64,000 bases of DNA from Octopus vulgaris (taxonomy: Eukaryota). The translations under genes were made by a program, and so were the position numbers. Under the pieces are notes generated by a model, which did no database searches, was not told the DNA's origin, and saw only the letters and a list, made by a program, of their open reading frames with translations. The stretch lies in the NCBI GenBank assembly GCA_951406725.2, contig OX597823.1:111104001-111168000 (forward strand). Reading direction: 5' to 3'. Shown piece after piece: positions 29,137 to 42,261 of the stretch (positions are counted from its first letter, which is position 1; each line of letters starts with the position of its first letter).

Positions 29137-30020
29137 GCCAAAATAATATATATAATTTACAGTTCGTTGTGTATTTTTGTAACTAAATGATAGGGGAATT
29201 TTCAGAGAAAGTTAAGAGATTTGAGACATTTTATTTACAAGTCCCTGGAGACATATCATCTTTGGACGCAATATAAGAAATTCCAAGGAGAGGAAGCTGA
29301 GCATTGAGACATCTTAGTAAAAATAGGCGGGCCTAAAATCTGTTCACGTATAGCAAAGTCAATCTCTCTCTATATAAAACTGAGAAAGTGTGTGTGTGTG
29401 TGTCTGTCTGTCCGTCTGTCTGTCTGTGTGTTTCCCTAAAACTTGAGAACTACTCAACCAATTTAATTCGAATTTTACACATGCCTTGCTTAGGGTCCGG
29501 GGAGTGTCACAGCGAAAAAAATTTTAAACTTTTTCCCTAGGGCGAACCCACAGCAATATCATATCTTCGCCACTACGATTCCCTAAAACTTGAGAACTAT
29601 ACAACCAATTTCGTTCAAATTTTACACATGCCTTACTTAGGGTCCATGTAGTTTCATGGGCGACAAAAATGTTCAACTTCTTGCCTAGAGCGAGTCCATA
29701 GCAATATCATATCTTCACCACTTTTTCAGTATTACGTGTTAAAAGTGAAACAAAAACATCTCTGTATTTTATGTCAGATACTTTCACTTTAACAATGAAA
29801 ATAATAATAACAATTGAATTATTTGTAGTAAGTAATAATTAAAATCAAACTAAAGTATAATATAATCGTAACATAACAAAAGTAAAAATAGCAATTGGTA
29901 TAAAATTGCATCAATGACTTGAACTTGAATAAGTGGTTTCACATGAATGGGAATAAATAAAAAATAAAATTTAAGTGCAGAAATGGAATAGTCCAGATGG
30001 AGCTGTGCTTTTACATTAGA

Positions 30021-31577
30021 CTAGCATTAAAGACCCGTCGTTGCCGGGTCATAGTGCTGGTGCATGTATATATGTGTACATATTACATGTACATCTATAT
30101 ACTCTTTTACTCTTTTTACTCTTTTACTTGTTTCAGTCATTTGACTGCGGCCATGCTGGAGCACCGCCTTTAGTCGAGCAAATCGACCCCGGGACTTATT
30201 CTTTGTAAGCCCAGTACTTATTCTATCGGTCTCCTTTTGCCGAACCGCTAAGTGACGGGTACGTAAACACACCAGCATCGGTTGTCAAGCAATGCTAGGG
30301 GGACAAACACAGACGCACAAATATATACACACACACTTATATATATACATATAGACGACAGGCTTCTTTCAGTTTCCGTCTACCAAATCCACTCACAAGG
30401 CATTGGTCGTCCCGGGGCTATAGCAGAAGACACTTGCCCAAGATGCCACGCAGTGGGACTGAACCCGGAACCATGTGGTTGGTTAGCAAGCTACTTACCA
30501 CACAGCCACTCCTGCGCCTATATATACATCTACACATAAAATACAAAATACAAAGTTATATCTTGATATCGCTAGTGATAACAATACTCAAAATATTAAC
30601 AGACTGGAATTGTTAGCCCGTCTCTTGTAATTTCGATCAATTGTATCTTGTCCTCCCTCTTGTATAGAAGTGGGGCTACAATCCAGCCTACCTCTACTTC
30701 TGGGGGGACATTTTTAATTTTTATCCTGGACGTCCTACGTCCCAGATATAAAGGTAAAAATAAAATAGTTCCACTTTGCAAGGTTCGAGTCGAGTACCCC
30801 CTTGCACGCTCCGTTGACTCGAACCTTGCTTCTATTGTGGCGAATTTACATAATCACACCAAGACACTTTTCGAAGGTGCTTTCCTCCATGTGTTTAAAT
30901 TTTTTTCTCTACATTGTATATTTTAAAGACAATAGACTTTTCTCTAATTTAATTTTTTATCATCCATCTGGACTATTCCATTTCTGCATGCTAATTTTAT
31001 TTTTAATTTATTCCCATTCATGTGAAACCACTTATTCAAGTTCAAGTCATTGATGCAATTTTATACCAATTGCTACTTTTACTTTTGTTATGTTACGATT
31101 ATATTATACTTTAGTTTGATTTTAATTATTACTTACTACATATAATTCAATTGTTATTATTATATTTATTGTTAAAGTGAAAGTATCTAACATAAAATAG
31201 AGAAACGTTTTTGTTTCACTTTTAACAAGTAATACTGAAATAGTGGAGAAGATATGATATTGCTATGGGCTCGCTCTAGGCAAGAAGTTGAAAATTTTTT
31301 TGCCCATGAAGCTACATGGATATAAGTAAGGCAGGTATAAATTTTGAATGAAATTCGTTGTGTAGTTATCACATCTTAGGGAATCGTAGTGGAGAAGATA
31401 TGATATTGCCGTGGGCTTGCCCTAGGCAAAAAGTTAAAAAAATATGTTGCCGATGACACTCCCGGACCCTAAGTAAGGCATGTGTAAAATTTGAATGAAA
31501 TTGATTGTGTAGTTCTCAAGTTTTAGGGAAACACAAAGACAGACAGACACACATTGTCAGTTTTAAATATATAAAGA
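30021..31577 (-). mobile_element. Same-family Helitron nested antisense in the outer copy; internally deleted and carrying a SINE B
   Basis: CTAG at 30021-30024 with adjacent hairpin; minus-strand TC start at 31577; inserted at a|t with no TSD. Confidence 0.9.
30100..30519 (-). mobile_element. SINE family B, full length, inside the nested Helitron
   Basis: Collinear with other family B copies; lies in the Helitron TA tract. Confidence 0.9.
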
Positions 31578-32719
31578 TTATCTGCTAATTAGCTAGCATT
31601 AAGTATCTATATGAAGTTTGGCTGTACGTAATATCTGTTTTATCGAACAGCCGGTTCTACAGAGTACTGCTGTTGGTTTATTTCTTATACATAAAGGACT
31701 AAAGCTTCAACTGCTTACTGCTTTCTGACTCATCGTAAGGTTTGTTGTTATTATTATTACTGTTTAATTATTGTTATCATGTTTGTTGGTTCCTCGTAAA
31801 GGAAACATTGTTGTGTTGCATTTGTTAAATAATTGTAAACTGTAACCCTCCCCTTTTGGGAGAAGGAGCTTTGGTTATTATTTAAAAATTGAATTGTGTT
31901 TGGGGAAAATGACAATATTTTCACCGTTTACACGGAAGCATTTTTGTTAGAATGCCTTCGATAGAAGAAAGTCAAAAAAGGAATATCGCTGCAGCCGTCG
32001 GTCGGCGCCAAATCATTGAAATTAAAATGGAAGAAATACGGATTGATCACCGACAAAGACAGTGAATCTAGGATAACACCACCAAACGAAATAAAAAATT
32101 AAATTAAAGAAAAGACTATTGTCTATAAAGTATACAATGTAGAAAAAAAATGATTTGAACACCTGGAGGAAAGCACCTTCGAAAAGTGTCTTGGTGCGAC
32201 TATGAAAGATATCTAACCAGAGGCGGTAAATTCGCCACAATAGAAGCAAGGTTCGAGTCAACGGAGCGTGCAAGGGGGTACTCGACTCGAACCTTGCAAA
32301 GTGGAAATATCTTATCTTTACCTTTATATCTGGGACGTAGGACGTCCTGGAAAAAAATTAAAAATGTCCCCCCAGAAGTAGAGGTAGACTGGATTGTAGC
32401 CCCACTTCTATAATAGAGGGAGGACAAGATACAATTGATAGAAATTGCAAGAGACGGGCTTACAATTCTGTTATATATTTTGAGTATTGTAATCACTAGC
32501 GATATCAAGATATAACTTTGTATTTTGCATTTTATGTGTAGATGTATATATATAGATGTACATGTAATATATGTACACATATATATATACACATATATAC
32601 ATGCACTAGCACTATGACCCGGCAACGACGGGTCATAATACTAGTTGTACATATATATATACATGTATGCATACATACATACGCGCGTACTTACGTATGT
32701 ATAATGGAACTACCCTATT

Positions 32720-32910
32720 GCAGGGTTAAATCCCCTCAATTTTGAGGGGAGAGGACAAATCGATTGCATGGACTCCAGTTCTTGATTAGTACTTTATTTT
32801 CTCGACCCTGAAAGGTGGAAAGGCAAAATTGACCTCAGTGGGATTTGAACTCGGAACGTAGAGAGTCGGAAGAAATGCCGCTAAGCATTTTGTCCGATGT
32901 ACCAAAGGTT
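32720..32910 (-). mobile_element. SINE family A, diverged
   Basis: tcgaccctgaaagg..aaggcaaaattgacctc..gatttgaactc..aaatgccgctaagcattttg. Confidence 0.75.
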
Positions 32911-34056
32911 CTCCCAACTTGCCTTACGTATGTATGTATGTATGTATGTATGTTTGTATGTACGTACGTATGTATGTATGTATGTATGTATGTATGGATG
33001 GATGGATGGATGGATGGATGGATGGATGGATGGATGGATGGATGGATGTGTGCATGTATTATACTGACTAATATGATACAGATATTGCACTTTACTAAAA
33101 TTATTTTTTGCTATGAAACGAACCAATAGTTTTGAAATATTTATGTCTTCTACTGGGAGGCGAGGCTTATAGCAGTCAGTTTTAAACCAAGATGAAGTTA
33201 ATGTAAATCATAATCTGATCAACGTTAAGGAATTTCCTAATTATTTTATGTTACAGAAATCAAAGCGAGAGTGACAAGTAATCAGTTGATTTATATGTTA
33301 TTAGTCCAAGTGTTTGATATGTTATTTGATAAAATTTTGTATTTTGCGTTGGAATATATTACCTAGATTTTTGTCACATCGTAGATATATCGTTCTGTCG
33401 CTATAACAGTTGATTTGTATAATGAACTTGCTACGTTTTTTAGATGAGGAAAATTGAGAATTTCGGAGTTTCTGGTGTATAATGGCTCTGATATGAATTG
33501 ATTCAGTACTTCTGTTCGATGACATACTTAAAGTAGGCAAACCATCTCCCACCCTAGCCCCCTCCAAAAGTACTAACATGAGCCTCCGCATCAAATGGTG
33601 TGAATTATTTTTTTCGTCTTCGTTGTGGTCGTTGTCGTTGTTGCTGTTGTTGTTCCCTGTCTGTCCTGAATGAGCAAGACTCAGATCGAAGACATTCAAA
33701 TTCATGGGCAGAAATACGGTGCTCGTAATGACATTTCCTAATATGTCCTGTTTTAAGATAGCAACGCATGATTTTATGAAAGTGTAGCTTGGGAGATCAT
33801 ATCAGTTAGCAGCTTGAGTTACAATATCATTGCTCTTTCAAAGTCTAATTGTTTACATTGCTAGACATTTTGGAACCAAAAACAGACAAATGACCCCTTT
33901 CCTGTTATTCCCTTAATGTTCATGCATTACCGTGAAAGTAGCAAATCGGTGTCAAAGTTTCAAATGATGCCATAAGGTATTTTTTCGGCACACTGCCAAT
34001 TTACCTAGCATCCCCTCCAGATCGAAAAATAAAGTAACAATCCAATATTGATACAT

Positions 34057-34074
34057 TCTTCTTCTTCTTCTTCT

Positions 34075-34108
<34 letters not shown>

Positions 34109-34180
34109 TTTTTTTCTTCTTTTTTTCTTCTTCTTCTTCTTCCTCTTCCTCTTCTTCTTCTTCTTCTCCTCCTCCTCCTC

Positions 34181-34217
<37 letters not shown>

Positions 34218-34230
34218 CACACACACACAG
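34057..34230. repeat. (CTT)n/(CCT)n/(CT)n/(CA)n polypyrimidine tract
   Basis: Read directly. Confidence 0.95.
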
Positions 34231-34363
34231 CTCGTCAGAAAGGAAAAGAGACTCTGTAGGCGTAATTAAAAATCTTCAGAGTAATTAGAGGGGTCATTCC
34301 CAATTAGAAACCTGGGCAGTTGGAGATTACTATTTTTTGATAATTATTTCTGTGGCTCCAATA

Positions 34364-34593
34364 CAGTGTTTGTTTCTCAACTCCTTTTCACCTATGCCCC
34401 CCCCTTGCCATTCAATGTTTTAAAAAGTCCCATTATATCATTATAATTAGATATTATTAGGAATTCTTTTTTAAAAATTGTTAAAATATTTTGTGTGTCT
34501 TTGAAGTATAACCAGTTTATTCTGCATAAATATTAACAACAAAATTTGATATGGATTCTCAGGGACTATATGAACCCTGGTTAAGAACCCCTG
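34364..34593. mobile_element. Possible old hAT/Charlie-like MITE
   Basis: cagtg..tttctcaac left end and ggttaagaacccctg right end; flanks ctccaata/cactaata match at 5 of 8. Confidence 0.5.
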
Positions 34594-34679
34594 CACTAAT
34601 ATTGTGAGACTTGACTCATGGAGACAAAAAGCACCCAGAATCACAGAAAACTGGACAACAATAAATCATGATCCATGTT

Positions 34680-35160
34680 TGGTGTTAATTGCCGTGAAGA
34701 AGGGAGGAGTTTAAGGTTTTGATCTGTTATTGTTCATCAAAGAATAGAAGACGAGGAAAGGGAACTTTGATCAAAGTTACATAGAGTGGTAACAGTGTTA
34801 TAAAGCTGGAGCCTGCTGGGGGTTGGGTGGTGAAGATTTTACACTAGGCTAGGACAATAATGAACACCAAGGCTGTCATTGCGACAGAAACATCAAAAGG
34901 AAAAAGAACTCACTGACCCATAACGGTGAGAAGGGAAACGACGCTGACGTATGCATACAGTAACAACATAAGCGTACCTGTCACTGTGCAGGTAAAAGTA
35001 TATAAGATAATCAAATCAAGGCTAGAAAACATAATGACAAATAGAATGATAGGGATGTGGCATATAGGGTGTGTTGGGAGTCAGTATCAGAGGTTGTTTA
35101 GTCAGATGTTAATGTTATGGTGTGGAGAGGTTCTCAGATAAGAAAGTAATGCATGTTCCT
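34680..35160 (-). pseudogene. Possible decayed Penelope-like GIY-YIG region
   Basis: Minus YTFTCT near 35000 and an L.S..LHG.N-like end near 34700; weak support. Confidence 0.3.
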
Positions 35161-35418
35161 TTTCATGTCCCGAACCAGGGTTCTGTTAAAGAATAACCCA
35201 AACAGCAATGTAGTTATGGAGAGGCCATTTGAATTATTGTAGCAGGATATAGACTTCGACCCCAAAAGCATAACTTAAAAGGTGACCTAATTGAAAGGGT
35301 CTCTACCCTCAACTGTATTCTTATTCTATTAGATGAGCTAATAGCAACAGAATGCTCCGCAAATTTCAAGCTCTGATCATAGAGAATGAATCATAGATTG
35401 TACAATTTCGCTATAGAC

Positions 35419-35818
35419 AGGCGCAGGAGTGGCTGTGTGGTAAGTAGCTTGCTTAGCAACCACATGGTTCCGGGTTCATTCCCACTGTGTGGAACCTTGG
35501 GTAAGTGTCTTCTACTATAGCCTCGGGCTGACCAAAGCCGTGTGAGTGGATTTGGTAGATGGAAACTGAGAGAAGCCCGTCGTATATATGTATATATATG
35601 TATATGTGTTTATGTTTGTGTGTCTGTGTTTGTCCCCCACCATTGCTTGACAACCGATGCTGGTGTGTTTACGTCCCCGTAACGTAGCGGTTCAGCAAAA
35701 GAGGCTGATAGAATAAGTACTAGGCTTACAAAGAATAAGTCCTGGGGTCGATTTACTCGACTAGAAGCCGGTGCTCCAGCATGGCCGCAGTCAAATGACT
35801 GAAACAAGTAAAAGAGAG
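35419..35818 (+). mobile_element. SINE family B, full length
   Basis: aggcgcaggagtggctgtgtggtaag (A-box-like)..ggttcattccc (B-box-like)..ccagcatggccgcagtcaaatgactgaaacaagtaaaag. Confidence 0.9.
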
Positions 35819-36203
35819 ATACACCAAAAAGACAACATGGTCATGAGTGGAAGGCTTTTGGTAATGTGTTTGTTCGGTTCAGGAAAGCAACAATAAACAA
35901 CAACAAGTAAAAACACTGTCTGATGAAGGATGATATATTTCAAATGTTGATCATTTTAACATTCTTTTGCTTTATCTCCATAATTTGCTAAAATTCTAGT
36001 TCTTGTTTGTATAGTTATTGTTGCTGTTGTTGTTATTACCATGGCTGTAAAAGGTGTAAAAGTAGACGACACCACAAAACAAATTGAAATGAAAATGAAA
36101 ATCAGCTATAACAACAACAAAGATGATAACAATAACAATTGCAACAGCAATGACAAGGATGAACGACAATAATCATACTACTACTACTACTAGTAGTAGT
36201 AGC

Positions 36204-36251
<48 letters not shown>

Positions 36252-37079
36252 TGTTGTTGTAGTAGTAGCAGCGGCAAACTCACCATCACTGCAACAACAA
36301 CAACAATAGCAATAAATAATTATTATTATTCCACATCAATCGTAATGTCACATACCTTTTAAACCATAATTTGCACATCTTGGAATCTTTGTTTTCTTGC
36401 ATTTTGGGATAACAATTTTTAAAATTCTTTCTGTTTTTTGTTTTTTTTTAAATAATGTCTATACAATTGTTGATCGTTGATTTTATGTTCTTGTAAAATT
36501 TACCTCCATCTAATCTCAATCTGATCAAATTTGATCGATATTTTCTTCAACAATTATTTTTGTTCATACCTGATGTCTGCCAATCTTTTTCTTATTTGTG
36601 TTATTGTTAGAAAGTACACAAAAATTAAATCAATACCACCTTCCCTGAGGGGAGCCCCAAGTGACCAAGTGGCTCTATAATATTCGAGTGGCCCTATAAT
36701 ATTCAATTCTTGTTGAGATCAATTTGTTTTACTTCCTTCCAGAATCAATAATTGATATACCAGTTAAACTCGTAAAATAATCTATCTTTTCTTCATCCTC
36801 ATTCTCATCCACACATGGGAGCACACTAAGAATATGTATCCTTGTGAGAGTTTCAAAGAGGCTGTGACTCACAATATCTTTGACCTTCTAGAAATGGGGA
36901 AGGTTTGTGCAAGGTTTTGAAGTTGCTAGATTTGAAATTTCTCTGATAAGACTAAGGTACAACCTGAGTATGATTGTATACTATCCACGATATTCAACTT
37001 CAAAGTGGTAGCGACACAACTCTTTCTATCCCAGGATTTGAATGATTGTATTGCTAGCTGCGTACGGTTTTGAAAATGG

Positions 37080-38900
37080 TTGTGCTTCAACCCAAATATA
37101 ATCTCTTGATAACATCTGCTTGTATTATGCTTGTCCTATTCAGACCATGCTTCGGACACGAAATCCTTTTAGTATACAAGTCCATGTGCTATTTGTCTAT
37201 AGCTAGGAAAATATTTTTAATATAGATCTTCTCAGTGTGACAATGGCAACAAGCTTTGTAGTATCTTGAAGTGAGGAATGGTTTTCTCAAGAAAGATTTA
37301 TATTAGTGGAAGATAGTATGAGTTTTTTGCTCTGTGAGTTTCCAGAGAAATTGAGACAGAGATGTAAATGTTGCCCTTAATTTCATTTTTTAGATGTATG
37401 CTGCTGCTGGTAATGATTGCTTCTACAAGTGTTCGAAGGAGAATTGTGTAATTCCATTCAATATCAAGTAAGGGTATTTTTGATGCTCAATATATAACTT
37501 TATAAAAGAAATAATATCCTAAGTGGGCAAATAAAAGAAATGTAACAGTTGTGGTGGTTGTTGAAGTGGGAGCTGCATACATATTATGTTTTCGGTTGTA
37601 GTGTATTATTTGGAAAATGATGATCAGTCGGGAACCTTACTTTCAGGACTTTTATTTTCTGTGTGTTGCAAAGTTCGTTATTGTAAATTAATGGGAAGTG
37701 TTGTCTTCTTAGAGCTATAAACGTCTTGGTCGCGAACATGGTAGCATCCAAGATATATGGAAGGATAAACCAGATTAGTCTTCTCATTGCTTTTACACTG
37801 ATATAAGGGAAGTTGTTATTCATGTCTGCTACCTTTTTACTGAATCGGCTTCTAGTTATGGAACTGTTATAGATGGGACTGTCCAGGGTTAGCTCTGAGG
37901 CTATCTTACTTAATCCAGTTGCAAAATTCATGATCATGGTCATAGGGTTGTTGGATTTTGGGGGTTTGGGTGCTGGGGGTATACAGATTATTTTTGCTTA
38001 GCTTTCTGTAGTATTTATAATTGTATTTAAATCTAGTTATGGCTAGATACACGGCATGATCGTAGTTAAATTCAAATCAAAATCCTCAATTATTTCTATT
38101 AAATCTTTTGTCAATATGTCAAGTTACATGATAATTACTAATCTGCTATCCCTGTGCATATTGGAGCTATGGGAGAAGCGTTTTCTAATTGCATGAAGGA
38201 TAAACAAGGATAAATACAAGATCAACTACCTCAGTGTTATAATTGCTCCTCATCACGATGTCCAAAGATGGGTTGCATTTTCTAATCAAGTAAGAATCAC
38301 CATCAAATAATAGAAATTTCCAAGGGAACATTGTTATTCTAGTATCTAAGTGACTCGTTGAAATAATTTCTCATCAAAAATCCAAACATTTCAGAACAGA
38401 ATTAGAGGTGATTGGATAAAATTCTAAAATATTGAACTGGGTTAATAAGTAAGAAGTGTTTTCAGTTTTGAGAAATGACTTCACAATTATAGCAGCGTAG
38501 TTACATTGTTCTAGTTTCAACGTAACCTGAATTTTGTGTATAATATTGTCGAAAATACGTTTCCAAAATTCTTTCAAGTCTTTTCAGATTCGCTTTCTCC
38601 AGTCCTTCACATTTTCGGGCTGGAGTAAAAAATAATGGTGGCAACTTTTACTTATATTTAGCTTCTGTGTTAATTGTGTGGTATGCAGTATGTCCATTTT
38701 TAATATTTCTAGATCGAACTAGTCTCAGTTTGGATCAAGATAAACAGAGTTGTGTTGAAGGACGAGAATATTTCAACGATATAGGCTTGTTTTGACTTCA
38801 AGTTCCAAATGTACTTGGAAAGTGAAGTAGAAATTTATACATCTGAAGTCGAAGGAGTTGCTATGTTACTTTTACTTGAACATGCATTTAAGTGTTTGAT
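37080..38900 (-). mobile_element. Decayed Penelope-like element (GIY-YIG fragment, RT, linker, GIY-YIG)
   Basis: TQFNILEFYPI (RT); RRLIWFILPY..TKTFIAL.RQHFP..CNTQKIKV (linker); TSLSQFLWKL and CHTEKIYI (EN); second STSLSKYIWNLK at about 38800-38835. Confidence 0.8.
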
Positions 38901-39756
38901 TATTTCTATTACTTCAATTACCAAAGTGGCGATATTACTAGTGCAACAATAAGTAACTCATCAAAGTTTGAAGTAAAGCAATGACAAAGAGCAAAAGCAA
39001 CTGATGAAGAAAACTATTTTATATTTATGTTGTAATTTATATGATTTTTATGCTAATATAATTATTGAATAAGCTTCTTAACCAATAATCATAAATATAG
39101 ACAATGGGTTATAAAATAAAGACGTTTCCAAGTGTTAGTATTTTTTATTTATTGAACTACTACTACTGTTGCTGCTGCTGCTACTACTACTACTACTCAC
39201 GTACTTGCCTACTTCTATTTTAACAAATATTAGATTAGTGAATATCATTTAAAACCTGTCCAGGTGCTCCATGACATCTTGTGAGAAGAAAATAAAAATG
39301 AAATTGATTGATTAGAAATGTAACAATAACGTGAGGCCGTGCAGCTAAAAAGTTCATTTTGCAAACACGTTTCCAAGCTGCTTTCACTGCACAGTACTTT
39401 GGGCAAGAGTTGTCTCTTATAGTTACAAACTGAATGATATGTGAAAGAAATTTAAGAGACTGAAATGTACTGAAGTTCATCATATGTTCGTGTGTATGTG
39501 TAGGAGTGCGTGTAGGAGTGTACATATTTATGTGTGTCAATTGTAAGATGTAAGATATAAAAAGCCTGCTAGTAAACTCCCAAAATAATGCATTACAAAA
39601 TCCCCTATCAAAAGCAATGTAAACTAGTAATTGGTCAATTGCAAATTCGTATCCAATGATATTAATGCTGCCACATTATGATATGATGAATAAATACATA
39701 AAAATTGAAAAGTCTCCCTACCTATCAACGAAAAATCTCTTTATCTATAAATACGT

Positions 39757-39990
39757 TCCGTGTCGGTGGCACGTAAAAAGCACCAACCGATCGTGGCCGT
39801 TGCCAGCCTCGCCTGGCACGTAAAAAGCACCCACTACACTCACGGAGTGGTTGGCGTTAGGAAGGGCATCCGGCTGTAGAAACACAGTTAGATCAGACTG
39901 GATCCCGGTGCAGCCTCATGGCTTCCCAGACCCCGGTCGAACCGTCCAACCCATGCTAGCATGGAAAAAGGACATTAAACGATGATGATG
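39757..39990 (+). mobile_element. Repeat family C (RTE-type 3' UTR/SINE) ending in (gat)n
   Basis: ggcacgtaaaaagcacc twice, ggttggcgttaggaagggcatcc, ..catgctagcatgg..ttaaacgatgatgatg. Confidence 0.75.
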
Positions 39991-40589
39991 AATTATATGG
40001 TTTAGTGAGGGTTAAGAATAAATTGCTATTTCTTCTGTTGAAGTGCGAAGGTTTGAATGATTGACATATTTAAGACAAGTCACAGGTCATTGATCCAGAT
40101 CCTGTGCTGGTGCTTTTCTCGTCCTCTGCCGAAAACAATTTATTGCTCATTTTACAAGGCAGTTGGTAGTTGAAATAGATATTTAGATAATGGTCAGTAT
40201 GGCACTTTAGTAAAGATGAGTGGATCTGGTCGAGGAGGAACGAAAATGACATCCATACTGTTTGAAAACAATATTTTTCTATATTAACTCTAAGGAAATT
40301 AACTCTGAGTGACTCACCGTGAAAGCATTGAAGATTCGCTATGACAACCAACATTATTTCTTCTTTAACTATGAAAACTGAGTCTTTAAGTTTGAAAGCT
40401 GAGTCAACAGAACGGTTTAAATGTAAAAGTCTCCGATATCCAAGTGGCGAAAACGTGTCAGCAACAGGGCACCCAGCAAAAGGTCTCCCATCATGACCTG
40501 GATGCGATACAGCCCCTTGTCTGATAGGGGTTTCTTGTCTGAAGACATATTGCTGTTCAGCTTTCTTGAGAGTTTCTGTCAGATATCAG

Positions 40590-40990
40590 TTACTCTTTTA
40601 CTCTTTTACTTGTTCCAGTCATTTGACTGTGGCCATGCTGGAGCACCGCCTTTAGTCGAGCAAATCGACCCCAGGACTTATTCTTTGTAAACCTAGTACT
40701 TATTCTATCGGTCTCTTTTTGCGGAACCGCTAAGTTACGGGGACGTAAACACACCAGCATCTGTTAATAAACACAGACACACAAACATATACACACACGC
40801 ACAGATGCATCTATATATACATATATACGACAGGCTTCTTTCAGTTTCCGCCTACCAAATCCACTCACAAGGCTTTGGTCAGCCCTAGGCTATACTAGAA
40901 GACAATTGCCCAAGGTGCCACGCAGTGGGACTGAACCCGGAACCATGTAATTCGTAAGCAAGCTACTTACCACACAGCCACTCCTACGCC
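40590..40990 (-). mobile_element. SINE family B with a small internal deletion
   Basis: Collinear with other family B copies. Confidence 0.9.
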
Positions 40991-41179
40991 AATGTTAGTG
41001 AGAGATGTTATTCCATTAGTTGCTGAAAACCATACGATTATTTGTCTTTTCCTTTTGTTGGCCTATATGTTTTGTTTTTGTATGTATTACATTTTTCTAA
41101 AAATTCACTTTATTTTAGAGTATCATTATAGTAATACAAGGTACAATTAAACATTTCTTTGTCATAGAATACATACACT

Positions 41180-41900
41180 GTTCTAAAGTAGCTAATTAGG
41201 TTTTATACTATTGTCTGGTGATGGGTGTTTAGAATTTCTATTAGTGTAGAATATATTTTAGCTTGGCTTTTTATACTGACCGTACTTAACAATGGTTATA
41301 TTGCTGAGGTTACTCTTGGCAGTATTTTTAGGCAGAATCATCTTAAATGTATTTATTAAGTTTTTCTTAAATTTATCCTGATTGTGGCCGTTCATGTATA
41401 GGGAGATTAGCATTCTTTCATCCTTATGTGTTAGGAGATGAATTTTCTTCGAAGTGATTATAGGATTAACAGGCATAACAACTCACACACTTCAAAGAAA
41501 TAGCAATTTTTGTCTACTAATTAACAGCAATTCACCATAAACAATGTGATAGAAAAAGAAAATTTGGAATGGTTTGATGTGGAATGAAAGTTGGGATATA
41601 AATTTCAAGTTTTCAGTAGAGTGGCATGGTCAATAGTCGAGGGTGAATTCCTGAAGTCAACCAGAAAAGAAATATTTAAGTATTTATTTTTTTGCCTCAT
41701 ACTTGGACTTGAGAAAAGAGTCCTATTAATTGTAAGGACAGGCCTTCAGAAAATGGCGATATTGGCTTGTTTAATGCTTAGTAGAGTTGGTAGTAGAGTT
41801 GTACCTTGGAGCATGCTACACCTTCAGAAATAGGTGAGATTATTAGAGTTAATATTTCTCTTAATCAACTGCGAATAGGCAGATGCATTAAAAACATGGA
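41180..41900 (-). pseudogene. Penelope-like RT fragment
   Basis: NGHNQDKFKKNLINTFK..YGQYKKPS..ILH..SKHPS resembles the PLE RT thumb. Confidence 0.6.
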
Positions 41901-42196
41901 TGATGATAGCCAAACTAAATATGTTAACATTTATTAGGTATATTATTACAATCGTAATATAATTCTATGGCTGGTGGATTTCTAGGAGGAGTTACTAAAT
42001 GTTTAATCCGTAGGTGGAATATCAAAAGCAAATAAGACCAACAGCCCCATTACTAGTTATATCATTGACAAATAACATTTTCAATGCCAACTAACAAAGC
42101 TTGAAATAACTAGTATTATATATATTTATCTGTGTGTGTGTGTTTACGCATATAATTTAGTTTCTTCTGAAAGACTTCATAAAATTTCGATATTTA

Positions 42197-42226
42197 TCTC
42201 TATATATATATAAAACTGAGAATGTG

Positions 42227-42261
<35 letters not shown>

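Larger units (their letters stand above)
29363..32644 (+). mobile_element. Non-autonomous Helitron (outer copy), interrupted at 30020/31578
   Basis: a|TC start, (CTGT)n near the 5' end, 3' hairpin gacccggcaacgacgggtc then CTAG|t; collinear with 42197-43751. Confidence 0.9.

Noticed and set aside
33322-33705. 127-aa minus ORF in unique DNA
   Set aside because: No recognisable domain or convincing splice context; partly low complexity
35419-35495. tRNA gene
   Set aside because: The A/B-box head continues into the SINE B body in multiple copies; not a stand-alone cloverleaf
37394-37467. Apparent plus-strand exon MYAAAGNDCFYKC.. with AG/GT ends
   Set aside because: Lies antisense within the Penelope GIY-YIG remnant; most likely chance splice-like sites
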